Assembly: GCA_001771285.1 (NCBI GenBank)
Contig: METI01000187.1
Coordinates: forward strand, 1 to 58,170
Direction of reading: 5' to 3'
Length of the DNA stretch: 58,170 nt
Source: a candidate division NC10 bacterium RIFCSPLOWO2_12_FULL_66_18
GTDB lineage: Bacteria > Methylomirabilota > Methylomirabilia > Methylomirabilales > 2-02-FULL-66-22
Below, in pieces: positions 44,199-53,245 of this stretch; the first letter of the stretch is position 1; each line of letters starts with the position of its first letter. Below the pieces are notes generated by a model. It was given only the letters and a program-made list of their open reading frames with translations. It was not told the origin of the DNA and did no database searches. Position numbers and translations under genes: made by a program.

Positions 44199-44300
44199 GC
44201 CACTCTCACTCCTTCTCTTCTCCTGCCCGCATGGCCGTCCAGGCCGGAGAGGCCCCATCTCCGACCCCGCGGATGGAAGGATCCCCCCCATCCCGCAGGC

Positions 44301-45005
44301 TCATGCCGCGTCGTCCAGGACGGCGATCGCCCGAACGGGCGACCCGGTCGCCCCGCGGATCTTCAGCGGCAGGCAGATGAACAGGAATCGGCGATTGATC
44401 AATTCCAGTGGGATCGCAAGATTCTCGGTGTTCAGCATCTTGCGATCCCTGCACACCATGTGCGCCGGGTAGCGGGGCGGCACCTCGGACGGCGTGCGCC
44501 GGTCGATGCTCCAGGCCTCGGTGCCGATGTTGTTGACCCCCCGGTCGGCCAGCCACTCGGCCGCCTCGCGGTCGAGGCCCGCGAACACTGAAACCTCCGC
44601 GGGGTCCGTCTTCCGCGAGTGGCCGGAGTAGAGGAGCACGGCATCGCCCGTCCGGATCTGCTGGCCGCTCCGCGCCAGTGCCGCTTCCAGGTCAGCCCGC
44701 GTGATACACGCGCCCGCTGCAACGCCGGAGACGTCGAGGCAGATGGCCGAGCCATAGAAGCGCTCCAGGGGAATCTCGTGGATGGCTTCCGCGCCGGGTC
44801 GGGGATCGAGGTGGGTGAACGCGTCCACGTGGGTGCCGCAGTGATCCGACATGATCAGCCCCATGGTCATGAAGCTCCACTCCGTGGTCCGGAGCTGCGC
44901 CGCGGACTCCTCGTGCGTCACGTGGGTCCAGATGGCGGGGGGCATCTGGCTGCCTGGCACCGGGCGCCGGTGGTAGATCTCCTGCGACAGGTCAACGATC
45001 CGCAC
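44301..45005 (-). CDS. Cyclase-family protein (PF04199-like), copy 2
   Basis: MRIVDLSQEIYHRRP...HCGTHVDAFTHL. Paralog of 5888-6640. GTG start preceded by GAGGGAG. Confidence 0.8.
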   Translation of the reverse strand: MRIVDLSQEIYHRRPVPGSQMPPAIWTHVTHEESAAQLRTTEWSFMTMGLIMSDHCGTHVDAFTHLDPRPGAEAIHEIPLERFYGSAICLDVSGVAAGACITRADLEAALARSGQQIRTGDAVLLYSGHSRKTDPAEVSVFAGLDREAAEWLADRGVNNIGTEAWSIDRRTPSEVPPRYPAHMVCRDRKMLNTENLAIPLELINRRFLFICLPLKIRGATGSPVRAIAVLDDAA

Positions 45006-45033
45006 GGATCTCCCTCGTGGTCAGCGGACACTC

Positions 45034-46314
45034 CTACGGCATCAGCGCGCGCGGCAGGGCCAGCACCAGGCCGGGCGCGAACACGCACAGGAACAGGACG
45101 ATGATCAGCCCGAGGATCATGGGCCACCCCTCCGCGACGAACTCCGGGATGCTCACCCTGGCGATCGCGGAGGAGATGAACATCACGACGCCGAACGGCG
45201 GGGTGAGCAGCCCGATGGTCAGGTTCAGCACCATCACTACCCCGAAATGGACCGGGTCGATCCCCAGCGACACGACCACGGGCACCAGGATGGGCGTCAG
45301 GACGATCAGCATCGCCAGGGCGTCCAGGAGACAGCCCAGGACCAGCAGGATGAGGTTGATCAGCACCAGCATCACCAACGGGCTGGAAGTCACCGAGAGC
45401 AGGAATCGCGAGAGTTGCTCCCCCATCCGCTCCAGGCCCAGGATCCAGGCGAAGATATTCGCCGCGCCCACGATGAACATCACGGCGCCCAGCGTGTACA
45501 CAGTGGACCGGAGGGCCGCCATGATTCCCGAGAGGGACAGTCGCCGCGTGATGAGGGTCCCGACCACGAGAATCGCAGCCACCCCCAGAACACCCGCCTC
45601 CGTGGGCGTGACGACGCCCCCCACGATCCCCCCGATGATGATCACCGGGATGAGCAGCGGGAACGCGGCCGCACGCAGGCGACGCAGGAATCCCAGGACG
45701 CTGATGCGCTCCTTCATCGCCCCATACCCGCGCCGGCGTGCCACCGCGTAGGCATAGATCATCAGGCTGACCCCCATCAGGACACCCGGCACCGCTCCAC
45801 CCAGGAACAGCCGCCCGACCGACACGTTCCCCAGCGCCCCGAAAATCACCATGAAGATGCTCGGGGGAATGATCGGCCCGATGGCGCCCGCGCTGGCGCT
45901 GAGGGCGGCCGCGAAGGGACGCGGATACCCGGCCTGCTCCATGGCCGGCACGAAGACCGAGGTCAGGGCCGCGCTGTCGGCCGAGGCGGAGCCGGAGATG
46001 CCCGCCATGAGCATCCCGGTCACGACGTTCACGTGCGCCAGCCCCCCGCGGATCCGCCCCACGATGGCCGCCGAGAGGTCGGCCAGGGCATCGGTGATCC
46101 CGGCGTGATTCATCAGGTCGCCCGCCAGGATGAAGAACGGCACCGCGAGCAGGGGGAACGAGTCGAGCCCGGTGACAACCTTGAGCGCCAGCGTCGTCCA
46201 TTCCGCTCGCCCGCCGGCGGCCACGTACACGATCGCGCTGAGGAGCATCGCGATAGCGATCGTCCCACCGAGCGCAACGAGTCCGAGGAACGACCCGATG
46301 AGGAGGGGGATCAT
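45034..46314 (-). CDS. dctM: TRAP transporter large permease (TRAP-5)
   Basis: 426-aa DctM paralog. Confidence 0.9.
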   Translation of the reverse strand: MIPLLIGSFLGLVALGGTIAIAMLLSAIVYVAAGGRAEWTTLALKVVTGLDSFPLLAVPFFILAGDLMNHAGITDALADLSAAIVGRIRGGLAHVNVVTGMLMAGISGSASADSAALTSVFVPAMEQAGYPRPFAAALSASAGAIGPIIPPSIFMVIFGALGNVSVGRLFLGGAVPGVLMGVSLMIYAYAVARRRGYGAMKERISVLGFLRRLRAAAFPLLIPVIIIGGIVGGVVTPTEAGVLGVAAILVVGTLITRRLSLSGIMAALRSTVYTLGAVMFIVGAANIFAWILGLERMGEQLSRFLLSVTSSPLVMLVLINLILLVLGCLLDALAMLIVLTPILVPVVVSLGIDPVHFGVVMVLNLTIGLLTPPFGVVMFISSAIARVSIPEFVAEGWPMILGLIIVLFLCVFAPGLVLALPRALMP

Positions 46315-46342
46315 GCCGGTTTCTCACTCCGTCCCCTCGGGC

Positions 46343-46828
46343 TCACGCCGACCTCCCGGACTTGCCCCCCGAGCGCACCATCTCCAACGTCTGGGCGACC
46401 AGGAAGAGGATCATGACCCCGGTCGCAACCGGCAGGCTGAGGTAGATCCAGTTCATCGGCAGGTCCATGGCGGGAGAGGTCTGGATCCGCATGATGTCCG
46501 CGACCCGGACCCCCTGCACGAACACCACCGCCAGGACGCCGATCGCGAGGAGGTTCATCAAGATGGAGATCGCCCGGCGTGGGCCCGTGGGCAGCAGGTC
46601 CACGAGGACGGCGACGCAGAAGTGGGCGCCCCGGTATACCACCACCGCGGCCGAGACGAGTGACGCCCAGATCAGGAGAAATCGCGCCAGTTCCTCCGTC
46701 CAGCCGATTCCCGTCTGCAGCAGGTACCGGTCGAGCACGCCCAGGAAGGTGACGGCACAGAGGATCGCCAGCAAGATCATCGCCACCACTTCCAACCCAA
46801 GGTTGATCGCCGCGCTCACCCGTTTCAT
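46343..46828 (-). CDS. dctQ: TRAP transporter small permease (TRAP-5)
   Basis: ATG 46828 (MKRVSAAINLGLEVV). DctQ block WTEELARFLLIWASLVSAAVVVYRGAHF. The track ORF is over-extended. Confidence 0.85.
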   Translation of the reverse strand: MKRVSAAINLGLEVVAMILLAILCAVTFLGVLDRYLLQTGIGWTEELARFLLIWASLVSAAVVVYRGAHFCVAVLVDLLPTGPRRAISILMNLLAIGVLAVVFVQGVRVADIMRIQTSPAMDLPMNWIYLSLPVATGVMILFLVAQTLEMVRSGGKSGRSA

Positions 46829-46881
46829 CCGCCTGCCCTCGGCGTGTGCCGACCACTGCCCGGATTCCGCCCCGTCCCCGG

Positions 46882-47895
46882 CTACTGGTACTGCTCGCCC
46901 AGCTTCAGGATGCCTTCGATAATGTCCTTCCCGAACTTCTCGTAGTACTGGGGGTAGATCTTTGCCACGGCCTGCCGGAAACCGGCCAGGTCCGGTTTGA
47001 TGATCTCGGACGACTTGGCCCAGTCCCGAAGCGCGGTCTCGTACAGTTTCGGCTCCTCGACGTCCGCGAACTTGGCGGCGGACTTCGCCGAATCCACCAC
47101 GATCTTCCGCTGCTCGGGCGTCAGGCCATCGAGCCACCGCTTGCTGGCGTAGATGCCCGCGATGCTGTGGAATGTGTTGGTCAACGAGAGGTACTTGGAG
47201 ACCTCGGGCAGCTTGGAATCGCGCCCATCCGACACCGTCGTGTCCACCGCGCCCACCGTCCCCTGGCTCATGGCAAGGTAAGTCTCGCCCCAGGCGATGG
47301 GCACCGGTGCAGCCCCCTCGGACTGGTAGGTACCCAGCATGACCGGGTCGTTCATGATCCGGACCTTCAGCCCGGACATGTCAGTGACCTGCCGGACGGG
47401 CTTGTTGGTCGCGAGCACCCGGGGCGAATAGGCGAACCATCCGAGGCTGGCGATGCCCTTGGCCGCGCCTCGCTGTTCCAGCGCCTTCCCGACCTCGGAA
47501 TCGCGCAGCGTCTTGTTGATGTGCTCCCGCCCCTTGAAGATGTAGGGAAGCGAGAGCGCCCCCACGGCCGGCACATAGGCCGTCAGGAGCGACTTCTCCA
47601 GGACCACCACGTGGTTGGAGCCGAGGACCAGCCCCTCCATCACTTCCTTGCCGGTCCCCAGGGTCCCCTTGTACAGCTCGACCTTCAGCTTGCCGCCGGA
47701 GGCCTTTTCGACCTCCGCCTTGAACTGATCCAGAACCTTGTTATTCAGCCCGTCGACCGAGGTGATTTCGCTTACGGCCTTAATGGTGACGCTCGATCCG
47801 GCCGGAGTCGCCGCAGAGGTGTTGTCGGGATTACCCCCGACGATCCCGCCAAGAATGATGATCGAGGCAAGCACGACCAGCCAGTCCGTACGCAT
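46882..47895 (-). CDS. dctP: TRAP transporter substrate-binding protein (TRAP-5)
   Basis: ATG 47895 (MRTDWLVVLASIIIL). DctP blocks are present (LSLPYIFKG, GLKVRIMND). Confidence 0.9.
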   Translation of the reverse strand: MRTDWLVVLASIIILGGIVGGNPDNTSAATPAGSSVTIKAVSEITSVDGLNNKVLDQFKAEVEKASGGKLKVELYKGTLGTGKEVMEGLVLGSNHVVVLEKSLLTAYVPAVGALSLPYIFKGREHINKTLRDSEVGKALEQRGAAKGIASLGWFAYSPRVLATNKPVRQVTDMSGLKVRIMNDPVMLGTYQSEGAAPVPIAWGETYLAMSQGTVGAVDTTVSDGRDSKLPEVSKYLSLTNTFHSIAGIYASKRWLDGLTPEQRKIVVDSAKSAAKFADVEEPKLYETALRDWAKSSEIIKPDLAGFRQAVAKIYPQYYEKFGKDIIEGILKLGEQYQ

Positions 47896-47961
47896 ATCAG
47901 GCCCCTCCCTTTTCACCGGGGTTCTTGTGGCTCTCCTGCTCTCGCCGCCCGACACGGGCTG

Positions 47962-49314
47962 TTACGCTGCCCCCGCGGACCGGAGGCGCTGCGCCGCACG
48001 CGCCACGGCGGCCCTGGCCGGATCGTTCTTGATGATGACCGACTGCACCATCTCGATCAGGTGCGGCCCGTCGAAGAGCTGTATGGCGTTCAGGCTCAAT
48101 CCCCCGTCCTCCATGTGCACCGGCATGGAAGTGGACTTCGCCATGATCTCCAGGAACTTCTGCTGTACCGGGAGGTTGGCCTTGATCAGGGGATGGCTGA
48201 AGTACTTTTCTGACTTGGCGACATCGCCCAGCGTGGGGGCCATGTGGCCGGGGACGGTGTGGAGGTATCGGATGTACCGGTCGGTCTCCATGCTCCAGCG
48301 GATGAACTTCTTGCCCTCCTCTACTGCCCGGCTCCCCTTCATGAAGCTGTACCCCTTGGTGAGCAGGTAGGCCGACCGGGCGCCGTGCGGACCGCGCGGG
48401 GTCTCGGTCACCCGCGTCACCTCGGGCGAGAGCAGCTTGGGCGCGTGCCGCTCCAACTGAGTCATGAGCCGCGGGGCGTAGTCGGAGTGGGCGCTCTGTT
48501 CCGTGTAATAGCTCTGCATTACCTCCAGCCAGGTGTACTGCGCGATGCCGGGGGGGCCGTACTTGGTGGCCTCCTTCCAGAAGTCCAGGGTCTCGGCGAT
48601 CCGTTCCAGGTTGGGACTCTTGTCCATCACCAGATTGCCGTTCCGGTCGAAGAATCGGGCCCCATTGCTCCAGGCGTACGGCATGAAGATCCAGGTGGTG
48701 TAGCGCGAGGTCCCCATGGGGAGATTCACGCCGTATCGGCCCTTCCCCGTGTCCGTCAGGGCCTTGCCGATCCGGAGGTAGTCGTCCCACGTCTCCATGG
48801 GGGCCAGCTTCTTTTCACGATACCAGTCGGCCCGATAGTAGGTCGCTTCCGACTGGAGGGTGGCCGGGACCCCCCAATCCTCATTGCCGAGGCGAACCGC
48901 TTTGAGCGTGCCCGGGATGAACCGCTCGCGCCCGATGGCATTTACCACGTCACCGGCTGGGAGCAGGAGTCCCTCCTTGGCGAACTTCGCCATCTGGAGA
49001 TCTTCGATGTAGACCACCTCCGGCGGGTTCTTCGCCGCGAGCGCCGACATGAGCTTGGGGAACATGTCTCCCCAGGACAGGAACTCGGGCTCGATCTTGA
49101 TGCCGGGATTCGTCTGTTCGTATTCCGCGATCAGCTCCTTGAGCACCCGGACCGAGTTCGGATCGGTTTCCGTTGTCAGGACGCGGATGGTCTTTGTCTG
49201 CGCGGGGACCCGCCGGACGAAGGGACCGAATGCGCTCCCCACGACGGCCCCGGCCGTTGCGCTCCCGGTGACCTGGATGAATCTTCGACGGCTCATAGCG
49301 TGCTTCATGACCAT
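47962..49314 (-). CDS. ABC transporter substrate-binding protein (family-1, carbohydrate-type) with a Tat-type signal
   Basis: MVMKHAMSRRRFIQVTGSATAGAVVG leader. The start is ATG 49314 or 49308. The track ORF is over-extended to 49521. Confidence 0.8.
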   Translation of the reverse strand: MVMKHAMSRRRFIQVTGSATAGAVVGSAFGPFVRRVPAQTKTIRVLTTETDPNSVRVLKELIAEYEQTNPGIKIEPEFLSWGDMFPKLMSALAAKNPPEVVYIEDLQMAKFAKEGLLLPAGDVVNAIGRERFIPGTLKAVRLGNEDWGVPATLQSEATYYRADWYREKKLAPMETWDDYLRIGKALTDTGKGRYGVNLPMGTSRYTTWIFMPYAWSNGARFFDRNGNLVMDKSPNLERIAETLDFWKEATKYGPPGIAQYTWLEVMQSYYTEQSAHSDYAPRLMTQLERHAPKLLSPEVTRVTETPRGPHGARSAYLLTKGYSFMKGSRAVEEGKKFIRWSMETDRYIRYLHTVPGHMAPTLGDVAKSEKYFSHPLIKANLPVQQKFLEIMAKSTSMPVHMEDGGLSLNAIQLFDGPHLIEMVQSVIIKNDPARAAVARAAQRLRSAGAA

Positions 49315-49369
49315 TCCCTCCCTTTCCGACTGCAACCCTGGCATTGACCGGACCCCTGCCATCCGGCAG

Positions 49370-49981
49370 CTACCGGCGAACCCACGTCTCCGAGAAGGCC
49401 AGGAAGGCCGTGCTGCTCGCCTTGCCGGCGACATCGCGGGGGAAGGGGCGACCGGCCACCCCCCCACCATTGATCGAGACCCGCGCGCCGGAGGCATTGA
49501 CGAAGAGCGAGAACATCTCATGCTGCCCCGTGGCGGACTTGTCCTTGGGCATCTCCACCATGAACACGTCCCCGAGGGGCTCCCAGGTCAGGCGGATTTC
49601 CCCTCGCTCGCTGCTGAAACGCTCGGTGTAGGTCGCCCGGGCGTCACCCGCGGCAACGAAATTGTTTCCCTTCTCGAACCGGCAGCTTGCCAGGGCCGGG
49701 ACCCCCTTGAACACACCGAAGTGGGCCACGAAGTGGTCCTTCAGATAGCGCGCCAATGGCTCGTTGTCCGTGACGCAGACATTCGGCTTCCCGGGCGTCT
49801 TCCCATCGCCGTGGGGATCCTGGAAGATGAAGGCGGCGTGGCCCCGTCCGTGGGGCGAGAGAACCACCCGGAAGAAGCTGATGAGGGTGACAAATGGGCC
49901 CTCCGCGGATTCCTTGAGATACATCCCGGGATTCTCGCCGGACCAATCAATCGTTCCGGGGTTGATCGGAATGCGTTCCAT
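49370..49981 (-). CDS. Hypothetical protein (203 aa), no family recognised
   Basis: ATG 49981 preceded by GGAGAGAG. High third-position GC, like its neighbours. Embedded between the M24 peptidase gene and the binding-protein gene in the same operon. Confidence 0.6.
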   Translation of the reverse strand: MERIPINPGTIDWSGENPGMYLKESAEGPFVTLISFFRVVLSPHGRGHAAFIFQDPHGDGKTPGKPNVCVTDNEPLARYLKDHFVAHFGVFKGVPALASCRFEKGNNFVAAGDARATYTERFSSERGEIRLTWEPLGDVFMVEMPKDKSATGQHEMFSLFVNASGARVSINGGGVAGRPFPRDVAGKASSTAFLAFSETWVRR

Positions 49982-50032
49982 GTCTGATCTCTCTCCGCCT
50001 GCTGGGTTCATGGCCGCTGGGTGACTGGCGCC

Positions 50033-51232
50033 TCACAGTTCGTAGAGCTTGAGCGGGGCCCTCGACAGGCTCCGGTGGCCGGTGCGGGTCACGACGACGG
50101 TGTCCTCGGCATGGAAGGCGCCCAGCCCCAGTTCGTAGTGAGTCGGTTCCAGGTTCAGGACCATCCCCTCTTCCAACGGGCGATCCTCCATCGCATTGAT
50201 GGCGAGGCCGTCGTAACACCACATCCCGATGGCGTGGCCGATGTACGTGGTGTTGAAGTACGGGATCCCCGCCTTCCGGACCGTCTCGATGGCCAGGTGG
50301 AAGAGCTCGGCCGGCCGGGCCCCGGGCCGGATCGCGGCCTTGACCTCGTCCAGACCGGTCTGGACCGCCGCGTAGTAGCGGCGGATTTTCTCCGACGGCC
50401 TGCCGATGATCGCGGTGCGGCCGAGGTCCGCGAAGTAGTAGTTGTACAGGCAGTTGAAGTCGAGCTTCACGACATCGCCCTTGCGAGGCCTGGTGGCCGC
50501 CGGGGGTTTCGTGGGCACGGCGGAGCGCGTACCATACCCGACGTTGGCGAAGTGTGGGGTCCCGCCCCCGCGCCAGACTGCTTGCCGATAGGCACTCGCG
50601 GCTTCCCGCTCGGTCCCCTCGCGGCGGATCCGGGCGAGACACGCCTTCAGGCCCATCTCGTTCACGGCCGCCCCCTCTGCCATGATCCGGAGTTCCAGCC
50701 GGGTCTTGACCAGACGGACCTTGCTGATGAGCGAGGCCGCGGGCTGAAGCGTGGCACCCGTCAGGCCCTCGATCATTTCGTCCCATCCGCGGGGCTGCGG
50801 GAGCCCCGATTCATCCAGCCCGATCCGTCTCTTGAGGAGGCCCCGCTTCTCGAGGCCGGCGCGCAGGGCCTGGACGGGCTTGGCCGGCAGGTCCACACCC
50901 TTGGAAGCCTGATAGATCAGCCGTTCCTCGGTGGTCATGGCGCTCGGCTTCACGCTGTCCGGGAGGCACACGAACGGCTTCGAGTACACCTCCACGTCCC
51001 GGATCCAGCACTTCTCCTGATGGTGGACCGGCAGGCTGGCAGCCCGCAGGACCAGGAACGGCGGAATGGCGGGGTCGGCCGGGAGGACCGCAAACACCGT
51101 CGGCGTCAGCGTGCATTCGTGCATCTGGGGGTAATCGCTGAAGTACGTGACATTCCGCAGGTGGGTCGCCACCAGCGCGTCGAGCCCGGCCTCCTTCATG
51201 ATCGCGTGCGCCCGGTCCCGGTTCAGATACAT
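50033..51232 (-). CDS. M24-family metallopeptidase (Xaa-Pro peptidase / creatinase-like fold)
   Basis: Creatinase-type N-domain plus pita-bread domain. Candidate ligands are in LDFN, FADLGRT, GHAIG, NLEPTHYE and FHAEDTVVVT. Confidence 0.8.
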   Translation of the reverse strand: MYLNRDRAHAIMKEAGLDALVATHLRNVTYFSDYPQMHECTLTPTVFAVLPADPAIPPFLVLRAASLPVHHQEKCWIRDVEVYSKPFVCLPDSVKPSAMTTEERLIYQASKGVDLPAKPVQALRAGLEKRGLLKRRIGLDESGLPQPRGWDEMIEGLTGATLQPAASLISKVRLVKTRLELRIMAEGAAVNEMGLKACLARIRREGTEREAASAYRQAVWRGGGTPHFANVGYGTRSAVPTKPPAATRPRKGDVVKLDFNCLYNYYFADLGRTAIIGRPSEKIRRYYAAVQTGLDEVKAAIRPGARPAELFHLAIETVRKAGIPYFNTTYIGHAIGMWCYDGLAINAMEDRPLEEGMVLNLEPTHYELGLGAFHAEDTVVVTRTGHRSLSRAPLKLYEL

Positions 51233-51265
51233 GGAGGGTTCTCCTCTGCCGTGGGGAGAAGAGGA

Positions 51266-52159
51266 CTACTCCTTCACGGCGCCCGCCCCGAACCCTTGCA
51301 CCAGAAACTGTTGCACCGCACCGAAAAACACGATCACCGGCAGGGTGACCACGACGCCGGCCGCATTGATGAGTCCCCACTCCACCGCCATCGGGCCGAT
51401 GAAGGTCGAAACGCCGAGCGACAGCGTCTTCTTCCCCTCGGAGGTCAGCAGGATCAAGGCGTACAGGTAGTCGTTCCAGGAGACCAGGAACGACAGCACG
51501 CCGATGGCGATGATCCCCGGCAGGGACATCGGGATCACGACCCACGCAAAGGCCCCCATCCGGGACGCCCCGTCGATCATGGCCGCCTCCTCCAGGGCCA
51601 TGGGGACACTCTTCATGTAGCCCCACATGAGCCAGAGACAGAACGGCAGGGCGAAAGAGATGTGCGCCAGGGCCAGGCTGAGCAGGCTATCCGCCATCCC
51701 CAGCCGGGTGATGACCACGAAGAGAGGGATGGCCAGCAGGATGGGCGGGAACATGTAGGCCAGCAGGGTGAAGGTCGCCAGGATCTGGCGCCCCCGGTAC
51801 TGGAACCGCGTCAGGCTGTAGGCCCCCAGCGTGGCCACCGCCACGGTGATGCCGGCCGTCAGGCACGCCGCCAGGGTGCTGTTCCAGATGTAGATGGGGA
51901 AGTTGGTGAGGGCCAGCAGATCGCGGAAGTGCCGCAGCGTGGGATGGCGCGGGAGCCAGGAGGGCGGAATGGTGACCAGCTCGTCCAGCGGTTTCAGGGC
52001 GCTCAGGAACATCCAGAGGATCGGGAAGACGATCGGCAGGAGCGAGCCGACCACCAATCCGTAGAATCCCACGCGGGCGATCCGCCGTCGCGCCAGGCAA
52101 GACCGCCAGCCGACCGGCAGGGCCAGCGCGGGCGCGGGGGTGGTCGCGACCGGCCTCAT
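51266..52159 (-). CDS. ABC transporter permease (MalG/carbohydrate-type)
   Basis: EAA-loop context ALEEAAMIDGASRMGAFAWVVIPM. The ATG overlaps the upstream permease stop (ATGA). Confidence 0.85.
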   Translation of the reverse strand: MRPVATTPAPALALPVGWRSCLARRRIARVGFYGLVVGSLLPIVFPILWMFLSALKPLDELVTIPPSWLPRHPTLRHFRDLLALTNFPIYIWNSTLAACLTAGITVAVATLGAYSLTRFQYRGRQILATFTLLAYMFPPILLAIPLFVVITRLGMADSLLSLALAHISFALPFCLWLMWGYMKSVPMALEEAAMIDGASRMGAFAWVVIPMSLPGIIAIGVLSFLVSWNDYLYALILLTSEGKKTLSLGVSTFIGPMAVEWGLINAAGVVVTLPVIVFFGAVQQFLVQGFGAGAVKE

Positions 52160-53034
52160 AGCTCCGCCTCCACCGGGCGGTGCATCTTGAGGTACACGGC
52201 CGAGGCGGCCGCCAGGATCAGGAAGCCCAGGACCGCCACGGCGGCGGCCTGCCCCATGCGGAAGTTCACGAAGAGCTCGGTATAGGCGAGGATCGGGAGG
52301 TGCTGCGTGGAGCGCAGCGGCCCCCCCCGGGTCAAAAGGTAGATGACCTCGAACTTCTGGAACATCCAGATGCCGCGCAGCAGGATCACCACCGCGAGGA
52401 TGGTCTTGAGGTGCGGGAGGGTGATGAACCAGAACTGCTGGGGCGCCGATGCCCCGTCGATCCGCGCGGCCTCGTACTGCTCCTCCGGGATCGTGGTCAG
52501 GCGGGCCAGGAGCGTGACCACCACGAAGGGGAAGAATTGCCAGACGTTGACCAGGACCACGGAGACCATGGCCATCCCCGGCGTGCCGAACCAGATGATC
52601 GGCGCCTGGATCAGGCCGAGCGCCTTCAGGAGGTAGTTCACGATCCCGTAGCTGTCATTGAGCAGCCACCGCCAGATGAGGACGGCGACGATGGTCGGGA
52701 CGATGAAGGGGAACAGCGCCAGGGCCCTCGCCACGCCCCGGCCGCGGAAAGGTTGGTGCAGCAGCAAGGCCACGGCCATTCCCACCACCACCTGCAGGGC
52801 GACCGTGGCCGCGGTGAACACGAGGCCCACCCGGAGGGAGTCCCAGAACTCTTCCCCCTGCAGCAGGCGCTGAAAATTGGCCATCCCGACGAAGGTGGTT
52901 ACCTGCCGGAACGGATCGCTCTGGTTCAGGCTCAGCCAGCCGGCGTAGAGGACCGGGAAGACCACGAACCCGGCCATCAGGATCAGCGTCGGCGTGAGGA
53001 GCAGGAGGCCGAGGCGGTTCTCGCGGGTTCCCAT
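52156..53034 (-). CDS. ABC transporter permease (MalF/carbohydrate-type)
   Basis: ATG 53034 (MGTRENRLGLLLLTPTLIL). EAA loop YEAARIDGASAPQQFWFITLP. Confidence 0.85.
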   Translation of the reverse strand: MGTRENRLGLLLLTPTLILMAGFVVFPVLYAGWLSLNQSDPFRQVTTFVGMANFQRLLQGEEFWDSLRVGLVFTAATVALQVVVGMAVALLLHQPFRGRGVARALALFPFIVPTIVAVLIWRWLLNDSYGIVNYLLKALGLIQAPIIWFGTPGMAMVSVVLVNVWQFFPFVVVTLLARLTTIPEEQYEAARIDGASAPQQFWFITLPHLKTILAVVILLRGIWMFQKFEVIYLLTRGGPLRSTQHLPILAYTELFVNFRMGQAAAVAVLGFLILAAASAVYLKMHRPVEAEL

Positions 53035-53245
53035 GGATCCCTGCAGGCCGGGGAGGCCGCGGTGGCTCTGTCCCCGGAAGGGTAAGGAGTATCGGAGGGG
53101 GCTGTCCCGTCGTTCAAGAGCCACCGCCTCACCCCCCCCACGGGGCAGCCGGCTCTGCTCAGGGAGCTGCGGGGTCAGGCTGGCGGGGTCGATGATTCAC
53201 GAGAAGATGGCATGGGCCATCACCCGGTCACGAGCCGATGACGTC

